Of a stretch of DNA of 64,000 bases, positions 27,463-37,458 are shown piece after piece. The translations under genes and the position numbers were made by a program. Positions within the stretch are counted from its first letter, which is position 1. Every line of letters starts with the position of its first letter. Origin of the DNA: an uncultured virus (IMG/VR IMGVR_UViG_3300008120_000033) (lineage: Duplodnaviria > Heunggongvirae > Uroviricota > Caudoviricetes); the IMG/VR virus record IMGVR_UViG_3300008120_000033; one strand, 5' to 3'. The notes under the pieces were generated by a model. The model saw only the letters and a list, made by a program, of their open reading frames with translations, searched no databases and was not told the origin of the DNA.

Positions 27463-29482
27463 ACTTCTTCCATGTTGCGACAATAACGAGCTTATTGTAA
27501 CAAGAGTGGTACTTGGCGACCTTTTTGGGAAGTCAAACGTGGACCATCTACGTGGAAGAAAGCAGCTTTCCCATGCCCTAATTCAGTACAGGGCTCTCTC
27601 AAAAAGAAACGGCAACACTAAGAGAAGAAAAAGTCAGACAGGAAACAATCAAATCAGCTTCAAGGCAAATGCACTACGCCAAATAGGAAGCACGATAGGA
27701 AGCACTCTCGTTCCTGGAGACTTAGGTCCGGTAAGGTCGCCTGTTCGTTCTGCTTTTTATAGAGCAGCCACTCCAGGTTTTGGTGGAGGCCGTCGTGGCG
27801 GTTCACTGCCTGGTCAAAACCGTGCGGCCAGATGCCCCGAGGGGTATCAGTATGGTGGAAGATTTACAGACAATAGGTTTACAACTTGCGGTCAACAACT
27901 TTTCGACATACCATCAGTCCTTGGTGCAGCAGTAAGAGAAATACGCAGAGCACAGACTTCTGGACTACCGGATAGGGTGTCCGGAAGGGATATAACTGGC
28001 GGAATAGCACCAAGTTCAATCATTCAAAGTCGTGCCCCCCAGATTCCGCGTGTCGGAAACGAAAATCGCTCAATCTCTATGGGTAGAACAAGAGACATTA
28101 TCCGTGACGTTGGTCAGTTTAATTCTTCGTCGTCGACGCGGGTGAGACGAATGGTAAGACGTGACGGATTTGTTCTTGAGCCGGTCGTACCAAGCCGCGT
28201 TTTGCGAGCAATACCCGACAACAGGGACATGGAAGGCGCTTCATTCATAATGTCAGCATTGTCTCCATCTGATATTGGTGGAGAAGAGCTGGGTCTTCTT
28301 TCAAATACGGGAATAAGGTCTCTTATTTATGTTCTGCCTGGTGGTTCTTCGCTGACGCTTGAAAAAGCAAGGAAGCTCACTGTTGGCGAAAGAAGAAAGC
28401 TTGGGCGGGTAGTTAACACTGCACAGGAGATAAATAACTCAACAAACCCAGCAGCAAGACTGGTAAACGTTTCTCAAGAAATTGGCGACGGGATTCAGTA
28501 CTCAGAAAAATTTGTTGGGATAAAGAACCCAAACGAGCCAGTTGGCAAGACAACCAGATGGGCACAAGAGCTCCTTTTTTCAAAGAGAAGAAAAAAGCCA
28601 GTTGATGTTTCCACCTCGGAATCAAGAGAAACTGTGTCTTTTGATGCAAAGCGTAAGCTTATTAAAGATATTGACAGGGCAATGGCTCACCTATCTGGGG
28701 GTGGCTCTCTCTCTGCAATCCACCCAGACATTCTTTCTGAGGTAATTAAGCGTTCCAACGCTATCCAGAAACAGAAAATGGGCAACAACATTACTGCAGT
28801 TGTATCTGGGCCAGAAAAGTATTTCATGTATGAGCGTCCAGCAAAATTCCAACATCTCGGTGAAAGGTTTGCTTCAGACGTACAGCAGTTCCTTGGGCTT
28901 AGCTCACCTGACGTGCTTTTTGTTGGCAAAGCCGGCGATAAAAGAACGTACTTGCGCCAGGATGTTGAAGCAGCAATACCGGGTGGCGTGTTTAATCCAA
29001 ATGCAAAGTTTCAGGACATAGGTTACGAGGATGTGGCCCGGATGATTGTTGCCGATTTCCTTACTGACCAGAGAAATAGGCCATCAACATCGATTTATCC
29101 AATAGATACCCCTGATGGCACAAGGGCAGTGCTTGCACAAAACACTACTTCTGGTCTGACAGACCTATCCAAGATAGAAATCACCAAAAGAATGAAATTG
29201 AGACTCAATGACTTCTATGAATCAGGCCTGACACCAGCATATTCTGAGTATTACCAGACTTTGAAGGCTGAACAAAGGGTTCTATTGATTCAGTTCATTG
29301 GTCAGCTCATTAATAGGGCAAGAAAGTTCAGTACTTCCAATTTCCAGAACGATATGAACAGATATGGAATGTCTGCAGGCGAAAAGATACACATGGAAAT
29401 CATGGAAAAACTTTTCACAGAGCGACTTGATGTTCTTAGAAATCAAAAAAACATCCTAAACACGATAATCAGAGGCGCCTAA
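27440..29482 (+). CDS. Multidomain protein with C-terminal HipA/PI4K-like pseudo-kinase
   Basis: GERFASDVQQFLGLSSPDV..DFLTDQRNRPSTSI..VLAQN versus the usual D....N.DRH..N / ID; N-terminal RCPEG..FTD..C. Confidence 0.55.
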   Translation: MRKTAVDELLPCCDNNELIVTRVVLGDLFGKSNVDHLRGRKQLSHALIQYRALSKRNGNTKRRKSQTGNNQISFKANALRQIGSTIGSTLVPGDLGPVRSPVRSAFYRAATPGFGGGRRGGSLPGQNRAARCPEGYQYGGRFTDNRFTTCGQQLFDIPSVLGAAVREIRRAQTSGLPDRVSGRDITGGIAPSSIIQSRAPQIPRVGNENRSISMGRTRDIIRDVGQFNSSSSTRVRRMVRRDGFVLEPVVPSRVLRAIPDNRDMEGASFIMSALSPSDIGGEELGLLSNTGIRSLIYVLPGGSSLTLEKARKLTVGERRKLGRVVNTAQEINNSTNPAARLVNVSQEIGDGIQYSEKFVGIKNPNEPVGKTTRWAQELLFSKRRKKPVDVSTSESRETVSFDAKRKLIKDIDRAMAHLSGGGSLSAIHPDILSEVIKRSNAIQKQKMGNNITAVVSGPEKYFMYERPAKFQHLGERFASDVQQFLGLSSPDVLFVGKAGDKRTYLRQDVEAAIPGGVFNPNAKFQDIGYEDVARMIVADFLTDQRNRPSTSIYPIDTPDGTRAVLAQNTTSGLTDLSKIEITKRMKLRLNDFYESGLTPAYSEYYQTLKAEQRVLLIQFIGQLINRARKFSTSNFQNDMNRYGMSAGEKIHMEIMEKLFTERLDVLRNQKNILNTIIRGA

Positions 29483-29483
29483 A

Positions 29484-30221
29484 ATGAAAAAAGTCGCAAT
29501 AATCAAAGATTTGTTCAGAAACACCCCTCATGTTGTTATTTCCGATAATGACGGTGTAATTGAATCAAAGAGTTTGACGGAGTACGGGAAGCGGATAGTT
29601 GCAGAAAGCTCTATATCTGCAGATATAGAGCAAATAGCTCTTCCCGAGGGGTTTGTTTGCACTGGATTCAAGTCCGTAACCCCATCGATTGAAAAAATGC
29701 TTGGTTCGTTTGCCTCGGACGCCATAGAAACCAAGTCACTAAAACAAGATTACGTTACTGAAAAACCATCGCAGGCCTTTCGCATGTTTAGCAATAGACA
29801 CACAAACACTGAATTAAGTGAAAACAAGCCCTCATCAGAGCTATCAATAGCAAAATTTTCTTCTGTTGAGTCAAAAATGAATGCAATTGATTATAAGGCA
29901 AGACAATTCGAGGTCGCTTCGCGGATTTCGTCCATCATTTCCCCCATAAAGAGTGGAAAATTTGGTTTCGATACAACTAAGTCAGCATTTGTTCCACGAA
30001 AAAATAATGCAATCTCTCTACTTGCCTCCGAAATTGCAGAAAAATCTGTGCCTGAATCAATGATGGGCAGATTTCTTTCAGATGACGGAAAACGCGATAG
30101 GACCACAGCCAGAAGAAGACTGAAGAGAAGAGCGAGAAACCTGTCTCCAGTTATTGATGGCAAAAAAATGCTTTCTGGTAAGCAAAGAATAACAATTTCA
30201 ATTAAGTCGAAACTTGGGTAA
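29484..30221 (+). CDS. Hypothetical protein
   Basis: 245-aa ORF in head operon. Confidence 0.7.
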   Translation: MKKVAIIKDLFRNTPHVVISDNDGVIESKSLTEYGKRIVAESSISADIEQIALPEGFVCTGFKSVTPSIEKMLGSFASDAIETKSLKQDYVTEKPSQAFRMFSNRHTNTELSENKPSSELSIAKFSSVESKMNAIDYKARQFEVASRISSIISPIKSGKFGFDTTKSAFVPRKNNAISLLASEIAEKSVPESMMGRFLSDDGKRDRTTARRRLKRRARNLSPVIDGKKMLSGKQRITISIKSKLG

Positions 30222-30223
30222 TC

Positions 30224-30862
30224 ATGGCACGCGAAAAGAAATTAGTCGATAAAGTTCAGGCACTTGCAATGGCCAGAGAAATTGGCTGCACTGGTGCGCA
30301 TCTTTCCGCAGACGGAAACTGGATGCCATGCGAGACAATGGAAGAAATGGAGAGAATCTCCAATATTGCGGAAACATCGAAATGGAGAACAGTTGTCCCC
30401 GGTTACAGCCCTAAGAAAAAACGCGAGATGGGTAAGAGGAAAAAGAAAAGAAGTGATTGGGAGAACCTCCGCGAAGCCCCAATAATGGGCATAGCTACAC
30501 TCCCTGGCGGTGGACTCGTGTCGGCAACTTCTTTTGGTGGCAAATCAGTCGGCCCAGAATATATCCGCGAGACAGACATGGATGTATTTATGGACCCAGA
30601 GTCAGCTAGGGCTCGTTCAAGACAGCTTGGGTGCATCGGCATTAGTAGGCGGGTCAGCAAAAATGGACGCTCGGTATGGATGCCGTGCAGCAACATGACG
30701 GATTATGCAAACAGGGCTGGCTCAACGGCCCTTGGTAGACGAAATATCTCCAAAAGAAGAGACAATGAAACCAGGGAAGCAGTTCGGGTTGTTCTTTCAG
30801 AACGAGGAAATAAGCCCGTAAAACGCAAGTCAAGCATCCCTGAAGAACTAAGGCACAAGTAG
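30224..30862 (+). CDS. Protein with two GC.G...WMPC (DUF3721-like) repeats
   Basis: EIGCTGAH..WMPC and QLGCIG..WMPC. Confidence 0.7.
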   Translation: MAREKKLVDKVQALAMAREIGCTGAHLSADGNWMPCETMEEMERISNIAETSKWRTVVPGYSPKKKREMGKRKKKRSDWENLREAPIMGIATLPGGGLVSATSFGGKSVGPEYIRETDMDVFMDPESARARSRQLGCIGISRRVSKNGRSVWMPCSNMTDYANRAGSTALGRRNISKRRDNETREAVRVVLSERGNKPVKRKSSIPEELRHK

Positions 30863-31028
30863 CAGTAAAAAAACTATTTACACACTTTAATGGCAAAACA
30901 TAATTAGTTCCACTAAATGATGTCAATCATCTGTTATTTTTGATTATTAGCAGGGCTGGGTGCTTACCTAAGCCATCCGCTGAAAAGCAATTAATCCAAC
31001 CCTTCAACTTCAATAAGAGGTAAACACA

Positions 31029-32390
31029 ATGTCGGAAGACAAAGCCCGCATCTCAGAGCTCCAGTCAGCTCTAAGAACCAAAATGGACGAGAATAAGGCA
31101 ATTGCCGACTCGTTCCGCGTTGAGGACGGCACAGTAGTCGTCTCCTCAGACCAGAAGACAGCGTTCGACAAGAACATGCGCGACATCAAAGAAATCAAGT
31201 CGCTTCTTTCGGACCTTCAGACCATCGAAAACGTTGACAGCTGGTCAAATCAGCCAGCAGGTGACTCGGTTTCTTCAGCCTATGCTGCTGCTGCCGCTGA
31301 CCTCACCCAGTTGACATCACGTGAAATCAAGAGCATCGGCCAGATGTTCCTTGAGTCAGCTGAGTTCAAGGCCCTCAACGGTGGACGTAATGGCGCAAAC
31401 ATGGCCGCTCCATGGCAGGTGAAGGCTTCCCTCACCAGCTTCTCAGGTGGTTACAACGTCAAGGACGTCTTCTCAGGTATGCCAAGCGGTGACATCACCA
31501 CTGGCCTTGGTTCAGTTCAGCGTGACGCAATCGTTACTCCTCCAATGCGTACCAAGCGCGTTCGTGACCTTTTCCCGGTCCGTCGCACAAACGCAGCGGT
31601 TATCGAGTACTTCCGTCAGCTCGGGTTCACCACACTTGAGGCTGGTCATGGCGTAAACAACGCTGCGACAGTTGCAGAGCGTGGAACCGGCGCAGCGAGC
31701 GCGACCTTCGGCATCAAGCCACAGTCGTCATTCGCTTTCGTTGGTGAGCAGGCTCCAGTGCGCACACTCGCACACTGGGAAGCAGCACACCGCAACGTTC
31801 TTGCCGATGAGCCACAGCTGCGCTCAATCATCGACAACGAGCTAATGTACGGTCTGCGTCTCCTCGAAGACAACCAGATTCTGAACGGTGACGGAACCGG
31901 CGAGAACCTTCTCGGCGTGCTCAACACACCAAACATTCAGGAATACGCATGGTCAGATGGAGAAACCGCTCCAGTTGCTGACACCAAGGCTGACGCAATT
32001 CGTCGTGCTGCTACCCTCTCGTTCCTGGCTTACTACGAGCCAAGCGGTGTTGTTCTACACCCGAACGACTGGGAAGACATCGAACTGACGAAGGACGAGC
32101 AGGGTCAGTACCTAATCGCAGTTTCGGTTGCGATGGGTGGTGAGCCAAAGGTCTGGCGCATGCCGCTGGTGGACACCCCAGCCATCGATGAGGGCACTGC
32201 TCTTGTTGGTGCCTTCGGTACCGGCGCTCAGTTGTACGACCGCGAGGAAGCCAGCATCCGTATTTCGGAACAGCACTCAGACTTCTTCGTACGCAACGCC
32301 ATCGTCATCTTGGCCGAGCAGCGCCTAGCCCTAGCGGTGAAGCGTCCAGAGGCCTTCGTGAAGGTGTCATTCGACAGCGCACCTGTCTGA
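31029..32390 (+). CDS. Major capsid protein, HK97 fold, with N-terminal scaffold (delta) domain
   Basis: Coiled-coil N-terminus, EIKSIGQMF, QILNGDGTGENLLG, LHPNDW, FVRNAIVILAEQRLALAVKRPEAF; SD AAGAGG; strongly biased codons. Confidence 0.95.
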   Translation: MSEDKARISELQSALRTKMDENKAIADSFRVEDGTVVVSSDQKTAFDKNMRDIKEIKSLLSDLQTIENVDSWSNQPAGDSVSSAYAAAAADLTQLTSREIKSIGQMFLESAEFKALNGGRNGANMAAPWQVKASLTSFSGGYNVKDVFSGMPSGDITTGLGSVQRDAIVTPPMRTKRVRDLFPVRRTNAAVIEYFRQLGFTTLEAGHGVNNAATVAERGTGAASATFGIKPQSSFAFVGEQAPVRTLAHWEAAHRNVLADEPQLRSIIDNELMYGLRLLEDNQILNGDGTGENLLGVLNTPNIQEYAWSDGETAPVADTKADAIRRAATLSFLAYYEPSGVVLHPNDWEDIELTKDEQGQYLIAVSVAMGGEPKVWRMPLVDTPAIDEGTALVGAFGTGAQLYDREEASIRISEQHSDFFVRNAIVILAEQRLALAVKRPEAFVKVSFDSAPV

Positions 32391-32418
32391 TAACGACCAA
32401 CGCGTAGCAACGCAAGAG

Positions 32419-32462
32419 AGAACCCTGGGGCAACGGGAAACCGGAACCCCAGGGTTCTTTTC
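32419..32462 (+). terminator. Rho-independent terminator after capsid gene
   Basis: 12-bp stem agaaccctgggg/ccccagggttct followed by T-run. Confidence 0.8.
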
Positions 32463-32498
32463 TATCTACAAACAACTTTCATGGGATAATGTAGCTAT

Positions 32499-33323
32499 AT
32501 GGATGAAACCAATAACGAGAATCTTGACTCCCTCTTTGAGCAGCTTCTTAATATTTCTGACGCCATAGACGTCGAAGAAGAACTTGCCCTAATTGCTGAG
32601 CAGTCAATAGTCGAACTAAAGAGCGATTCAATGATGCCGATATTCGATGAATACTACGGTGGGAAAATCTTAAATGACTGCATTGAAGGCAAGGCAGCCA
32701 AGAAAAGACTCAAAGACCCCAAGGGTGGTCTCACTGCTGCTGGGCGCGCCTACTTCAAGCGCAAAGAAGGGGCAAACCTAAAACCCGGAGTAATGGGGCC
32801 AGCAAATACTCCAGAAAAGATGAGAAGGAAGGGCTCCTTCCTAACACGCTTCTTCACGAATCCATCCGGGCCAATGGTTGACGAAAAAGGTAGAGCCACA
32901 AGGCTTGCGCTCTCTGCCGCAGCATGGGGTGAACCAGTACCCAAAAATATGGAAGATGCAGCAAAGCTTGCAGCAAAGGGGAGAAGACTTCTTGAGCGTT
33001 ATAGCAAGGTTAAGAAGAAGTCAGAAAATCCCGAAGAATTTAGTTTGTCAATATTTGGCTCGACACAAAGAAAATCGGCTGACCGCAGTATTCATGATAC
33101 GGACCTCACCGGTATTGGCGTAATTAGTGAACTCTATACCCCGGAAGAGCTAGTTACAGACGAATCGGTAACCACACTTCGCGATGAGACCAGGAAAGCA
33201 ATGTTGATGCTTTCCCCATCTTTTATGAAAGGCGACCGAATGTTTGCTGGTGACGAATCCGTCATGGCCAGAATGAACAGGGCGTCACGACAAATGGCTA
33301 AAGCGAGAAAAGATAAGCGCTAA
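32499..33323 (+). CDS. Phage protein with DUF6321-like domain
   Basis: KDPKGGLTAAGRAYF..NLKPGV..RRKGSFLTRF. Confidence 0.65.
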   Translation: MDETNNENLDSLFEQLLNISDAIDVEEELALIAEQSIVELKSDSMMPIFDEYYGGKILNDCIEGKAAKKRLKDPKGGLTAAGRAYFKRKEGANLKPGVMGPANTPEKMRRKGSFLTRFFTNPSGPMVDEKGRATRLALSAAAWGEPVPKNMEDAAKLAAKGRRLLERYSKVKKKSENPEEFSLSIFGSTQRKSADRSIHDTDLTGIGVISELYTPEELVTDESVTTLRDETRKAMLMLSPSFMKGDRMFAGDESVMARMNRASRQMAKARKDKR

Positions 33324-33682
33324 TTAGTTTTCGCGTGCTCATTGCATAGCGTCTTGATGTAGCCAGAGTTCCTGGTTGCCCCAGGAGAACCACAGAGCTC
33401 GCATGTCGAAGAAGACATCTTTTCATATTTAGAAACAACCCCACACATCTGCTTGTAAAGAGATGGGTTACTAGAAGAAAAGTAATACTTGAGTGTTCCA
33501 AATTTCTCTTTAATCTGGGCAATCGTATACTCGTCATCTATTGTTTTTAACTCCTGATGGCAGTTGGCGATAATTTCATTCCACCCATGCTCGCAATCTA
33601 TTATTGCGGGAAAACCAGACTGGAACCGGGACAATATATCCCTAAAGTCACCAAGTCTCTCTGTTGGTTCGAATTCAGCCAT
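33320..33682 (-). CDS. Conserved phage hypothetical protein
   Basis: GW..I..QIKEKFGTL.YY..CELCG..TLC; start ATG 33682. Confidence 0.75.
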   Translation of the reverse strand: MAEFEPTERLGDFRDILSRFQSGFPAIIDCEHGWNEIIANCHQELKTIDDEYTIAQIKEKFGTLKYYFSSSNPSLYKQMCGVVSKYEKMSSSTCELCGSPGATRNSGYIKTLCNEHAKTN

Positions 33683-33714
33683 CCGAACATTGTACACCTT
33701 ATGCGGTATTTATT

Positions 33715-33790
33715 TGGCTGGCGAGGCAGGGCTCGAACCTGCGACCAAAGGATTAACAGTCCTCCGCTCTGCCAACTGAGCTACTCGCCA
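33715..33790 (-). tRNA. tRNA-Asn(GTT)
   Basis: Cloverleaf, loop CT-GTT-AA, GTTCGA, encoded CCA. Confidence 0.95.
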
Positions 33791-33809
33791 ATGATTGAAT
33801 ACTACCTTG

Positions 33810-33890
33810 TGGGCTAGGCGGGATTTGAACCCGCATCCCTTTCGGGAGAGGATTTTAAGTCCTCCGTGTATGCCATTCCACCACTAGCCC
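33810..33890 (-). tRNA. tRNA-Leu(TAA)
   Basis: GGGCTAG acceptor, CT-TAA-AA loop, long variable arm; CCA not encoded. Confidence 0.93.
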
Positions 33891-33925
33891 CCTGCTGCTG
33901 GGCTACGCACCCCACGCTGTCAAAA

Positions 33926-34001
33926 TGGCGCGTCGGGCAGGACTCGAACCTGCAATCGACAGATTAGAAGTCTGTTGCCTTATCCATTTGGCCACCGACG
34001 C
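33926..34001 (-). tRNA. tRNA-Arg(TCT)
   Basis: GCGTCGG acceptor, CT-TCT-AA loop, CCA. Confidence 0.95.
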
Positions 34002-34009
34002 ATTTGTTG

Positions 34010-34046
34010 GTGGCCACCCCGAGTTCGTACTTTTCGGGGTGGCCAC
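34010..34046. other. 13-bp hairpin between nrdJ and tRNA cluster (terminator or processing signal)
   Basis: gtggccaccccga/tcggggtggccac; no clear U-tract. Confidence 0.5.
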
Positions 34047-34052
34047 TTACAA

Positions 34053-35978
34053 TCACTTTACCGGGCAGGCTCCAGTTGCGCAATTCTCTAAATCGAACTC
34101 TGCGTCAAACTTGCTCTGGACCAAAGGTAGGTCGAAATTAATCTTCGAAACAGTCTTCGTGTACTGCTCTTCCGTAATTTCCTCATATGGAGGTAGGGCA
34201 AAGTTGTGGTCACTATGCAAGAGGAACGAAACAGATTTTACGCCTTTGTCATAGTTCTGGCTCAACCATGACTTGATGTCATCAAGCTCTTCTTTACGGT
34301 AATAAACAGTCACAGAAACTGCATTATCTGCCCACTGTGTCTGCATTTTCTTAACCCACTCAAGCTGCTCGATTGCTGTCATATCTTTTGCGAGAATTGA
34401 ACCCTCTGGTGACATGCAAGGGAATTCAACAACGAAACGCGTATGGTCCTCACGCCCATCAAGGCCGACGTCCCACTGAACCTTGTATCCACGCTTGCGG
34501 CATGCCTCAACCAATGGGTCAGAGGCACCGAACCGAACACGACGAATGTAGTGACTAGCGAAAGCTGGGTGAATTCCAGGAGTAACCCCAGGCAGCAGAG
34601 AAAGTGTGCCGGATGGCTGAACCGTCGTTATTCTGACTGACTCAGGGAAACCATTCTTTGCTGAATATTCCTTATCGATATCGCGCAAATATTGATAAGT
34701 GCCGTCGAGCCATGACAACTGCTTCTCCGTTGACTGAAGAACTCCAGTGATGCTCTGCCCAAGACGAGCGTTCTGACGAACAATCGAAGTTGTCTTCTCA
34801 TATGGATAGGGCAGACGCGTGATGTGCTTCTGTGTCATGTAAAGCAAACGAGCAATGCTGTGCAACTGCTTCTCTGATGTGATATTCGGAAGGAAAACCG
34901 TTGCTAGATTGCACGACTCGCCGTCCCCAAGGGCAATTTCGGCACAAGGGTTGAAGCCCTCGATTGTTGGGTCTGGACGCTTCTCTCCAAGACGTCCATA
35001 CGTGCGAGCAAGTTTTCTGTTTACCAAACCGTATGGTTCACCAGAACCGTCATAACCCTTCCATAGCTCGGAGGGGATTTCATTCCAGCCATCCGCGTAG
35101 AGGGAGTTGTTGCTGTTTGCTCTCCATGCCGGAATGGAACCAGACGCCCAGTTTTTGGCTCGGAGAAACAAAACGTCATCTGGGTCACCCATTGAAATCT
35201 GAGCCGAGCGGCGAGATGAACCAGAGACAACAATGCGCCCGATGATGTTGCAAATATCTAGCACGTCAACAGAGCGAAGTTTCTTGCCAACACGGTTGTC
35301 TAGCACTTTACAGATATCTGCTATTCCATCAATGAGCGCGCCAGGTCCGCTGGCAGTTCCACCAAACGTTTTGAGTGGTGCTCCAAATTCGCGAACCAGA
35401 ATCGTGGAGTATGAGAATGACTTACCGGTGTCAAAGTATGACTTTAGTACGCCGTGAAGAAGGCGACGCCAACCGGTTCGTGAGTCCGGAACAATGATGT
35501 CCGCATCATTAGTGCGTTCATGCGTAATCGTTACACCTGTCTTGATTTTTGGCAGGTCATGAATCTTGGAGCGCTCAACAGAGAATCCAACACCACCGCC
35601 AAGCATGAGCATGTCAAACAAGAACTCAAAATCCTCGATTGTTTCAACGTTTACGAAATAACAGTTATTGAGCGATGCTCCACCAAACTTCTTAACCATA
35701 GGTGTTCCAAGTTGCCACAATGCTCGTCCGCTCATTGAGCAACGAAGGTTGTACATGTGGTCAAAAAGTTCTTCAGCTTCTTTTTGTGTGTAGGGGACTC
35801 CAATTTCAATTGCGCCATTTATAACGCGCTGGATTGTGTCAGCCCAGGTTTCGAGTGTTCCATCTTCTTTGGTGCGGCTATACGTACGGAGAAAAACAAT
35901 CTCCCCCATGCCATTAAAACCCCAAGGTATTGGCTTGCCGTTATAGGTGTTTACAAATTCGTCGCTAATTACGCTCAT
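34053..35978 (-). CDS. nrdJ: Class II (B12-dependent) ribonucleoside-triphosphate reductase
   Basis: RTYSR, SLNNC, RRSAQI, GFNPCAEI, TTVQPSGTLSLL, C-terminal CATGACP. Confidence 0.92.
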   Translation of the reverse strand: MSVISDEFVNTYNGKPIPWGFNGMGEIVFLRTYSRTKEDGTLETWADTIQRVINGAIEIGVPYTQKEAEELFDHMYNLRCSMSGRALWQLGTPMVKKFGGASLNNCYFVNVETIEDFEFLFDMLMLGGGVGFSVERSKIHDLPKIKTGVTITHERTNDADIIVPDSRTGWRRLLHGVLKSYFDTGKSFSYSTILVREFGAPLKTFGGTASGPGALIDGIADICKVLDNRVGKKLRSVDVLDICNIIGRIVVSGSSRRSAQISMGDPDDVLFLRAKNWASGSIPAWRANSNNSLYADGWNEIPSELWKGYDGSGEPYGLVNRKLARTYGRLGEKRPDPTIEGFNPCAEIALGDGESCNLATVFLPNITSEKQLHSIARLLYMTQKHITRLPYPYEKTTSIVRQNARLGQSITGVLQSTEKQLSWLDGTYQYLRDIDKEYSAKNGFPESVRITTVQPSGTLSLLPGVTPGIHPAFASHYIRRVRFGASDPLVEACRKRGYKVQWDVGLDGREDHTRFVVEFPCMSPEGSILAKDMTAIEQLEWVKKMQTQWADNAVSVTVYYRKEELDDIKSWLSQNYDKGVKSVSFLLHSDHNFALPPYEEITEEQYTKTVSKINFDLPLVQSKFDAEFDLENCATGACPVK

Positions 35979-36069
35979 TTTTATCTTTCGCTTGCTAGGT
36001 GTTCAACAGTGGAACACCGAGTGTAGCGCAAGAATGAATAGTGAAAAAGTCGAGGGACTATAGTAATTT

Positions 36070-36417
36070 TTAAATGAGTCCTAGATTTTTTGCTTCCTCA
36101 AGGGGTATGTGTTTCCCCTTCTTGTGGATAAGTATCCGCGTCACTAAACCGGGCGCAATTTGACGCTCTTCGTAATAATCTTCTTCAACATAAAAAGTCA
36201 GTTTTTTATCCAGGGTTGAATTTGTATTGAACCCCCAAATAGTTTCTGGCGGACCAGAATCCCCGGTGCAGTCACCAGTTGGGTGACCACAAACAAGACA
36301 TGGCTTCCTAGCCGCCCTCAAATACGGGATGCCATGAATCTCCCCAGACTCGGATTCCTCCCCCCCAAAGGCAGGGCTATCGTAGAATGCTCCCATAGTC
36401 AATAAATTATACGTCAA
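36070..36417 (-). CDS. Hypothetical protein (C..CGHPTGDC motif)
   Basis: ORF; start uncertain. Confidence 0.6.
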   Translation of the reverse strand: MTYNLLTMGAFYDSPAFGGEESESGEIHGIPYLRAARKPCLVCGHPTGDCTGDSGPPETIWGFNTNSTLDKKLTFYVEEDYYEERQIAPGLVTRILIHKKGKHIPLEEAKNLGLI

Positions 36418-37048
36418 AAAATTCTTGCATTAGAAAGCCGATTTCATTTATTTCATCCCTGACTTGCACCAAGTGGGCCGACGTAACCTCTTCTACTGGC
36501 TGCACCATGAGTGACCTGCGAATCATGGTTGGGTATTTGGCGTTCTTGATGTGGGAGTCGGCCTTTTCTGGATAAACCAAAATGTCGTTCCACATTACGT
36601 TTTTCCCAACACCCATCCTGTATGGTGCGGCAACCATTGACACTGGACTAATCCTTCCACCATCATCTAGTCCGGCGTGCATGACGGTGAGGCACTCCAT
36701 GACTGGTTTTGTTGGGTCCACGAAGGCCTCGGCAAGGTCGGTGTCCCCAGTGGCCGCCCTGTCCAGGGAGCAGTAGCCCTCAGAAACCATGGTTATCGCC
36801 GTAATCCACCAATACTGCCTAAGGATGCTACATAGGTTCATGGACGCGGCAAATCGGTCCTCTTTGTCGCTCTTGGAGAGGGATTCTCCCATCTGGCAAA
36901 TCAGCCCCAAACTGTCTCCCACCCATCCTAAAAAATGGACAGCCAGCTCCTCGCCAACACCGTGTTCCTTGACAGCCTCATCCTTGGCCATCTGTCCAGA
37001 TGTTAGGGCGAGGGCCATCTTACTTATTTCACTGACGTACTCCTGCAC
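36407..37048 (-). CDS. Hypothetical protein
   Basis: 213-aa ORF, GTG 6 nt after TAGTAT. Confidence 0.7.
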   Translation of the reverse strand: MQEYVSEISKMALALTSGQMAKDEAVKEHGVGEELAVHFLGWVGDSLGLICQMGESLSKSDKEDRFAASMNLCSILRQYWWITAITMVSEGYCSLDRAATGDTDLAEAFVDPTKPVMECLTVMHAGLDDGGRISPVSMVAAPYRMGVGKNVMWNDILVYPEKADSHIKNAKYPTMIRRSLMVQPVEEVTSAHLVQVRDEINEIGFLMQEFFDV

Positions 37049-37144
37049 AGAAAGATACTAAATCCCCTTTTAAAATTTTTCCGTAAATACTTAATCGACG
37101 AATATTTGCAGACAACAGCACTCTTGTGTATTAGTATTTCCGGC

Positions 37145-37450
37145 ATGGCCAATGACAAAAAACCAGCAAAAAAGACAGCAGCCCCAAAGAAAGCTGCACA
37201 GAAAAAAGCCCCAGTAAAGAAGGCTGCTCCGGCAAAGAAGGCTGCTCCGGCAAAGAAGGCTGCAGCATCCAAAACTTCAGCAACCCCCAAGACGGTGGAA
37301 AACGTTTCTTTTGAGGCTTCCATTGCTCCCGTGACACACAGCAAGCCAATCATTCAAAATAACATCATTCAAAATAAGATGATTGAACAAACCACCCCAG
37401 CGAAGCCAGCAAAAAAGCGCTCACTGTTTAGCCGACTCTTCGGTCGCTAA
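37145..37450 (+). CDS. Histone H1-like basic protein (PAKK repeats)
   Basis: KKAAPAKK repeats with 18-bp DNA repeat 37216-37263; C-terminal KKRSLFSRLFGR. Confidence 0.75.
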   Translation: MANDKKPAKKTAAPKKAAQKKAPVKKAAPAKKAAPAKKAAASKTSATPKTVENVSFEASIAPVTHSKPIIQNNIIQNKMIEQTTPAKPAKKRSLFSRLFGR

Positions 37451-37458
37451 AAAAATAC

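Noticed and set aside
32428..32450. CGG-GAAA-CCG tetraloop as a riboswitch or ncRNA
   Set aside because: Explained as the apical part of the capsid-gene terminator
4127..35978. Inteins or introns in terL, helicase or nrdJ
   Set aside because: No intein terminal motifs or LAGLIDADG blocks recognised; terL and nrdJ are of normal length
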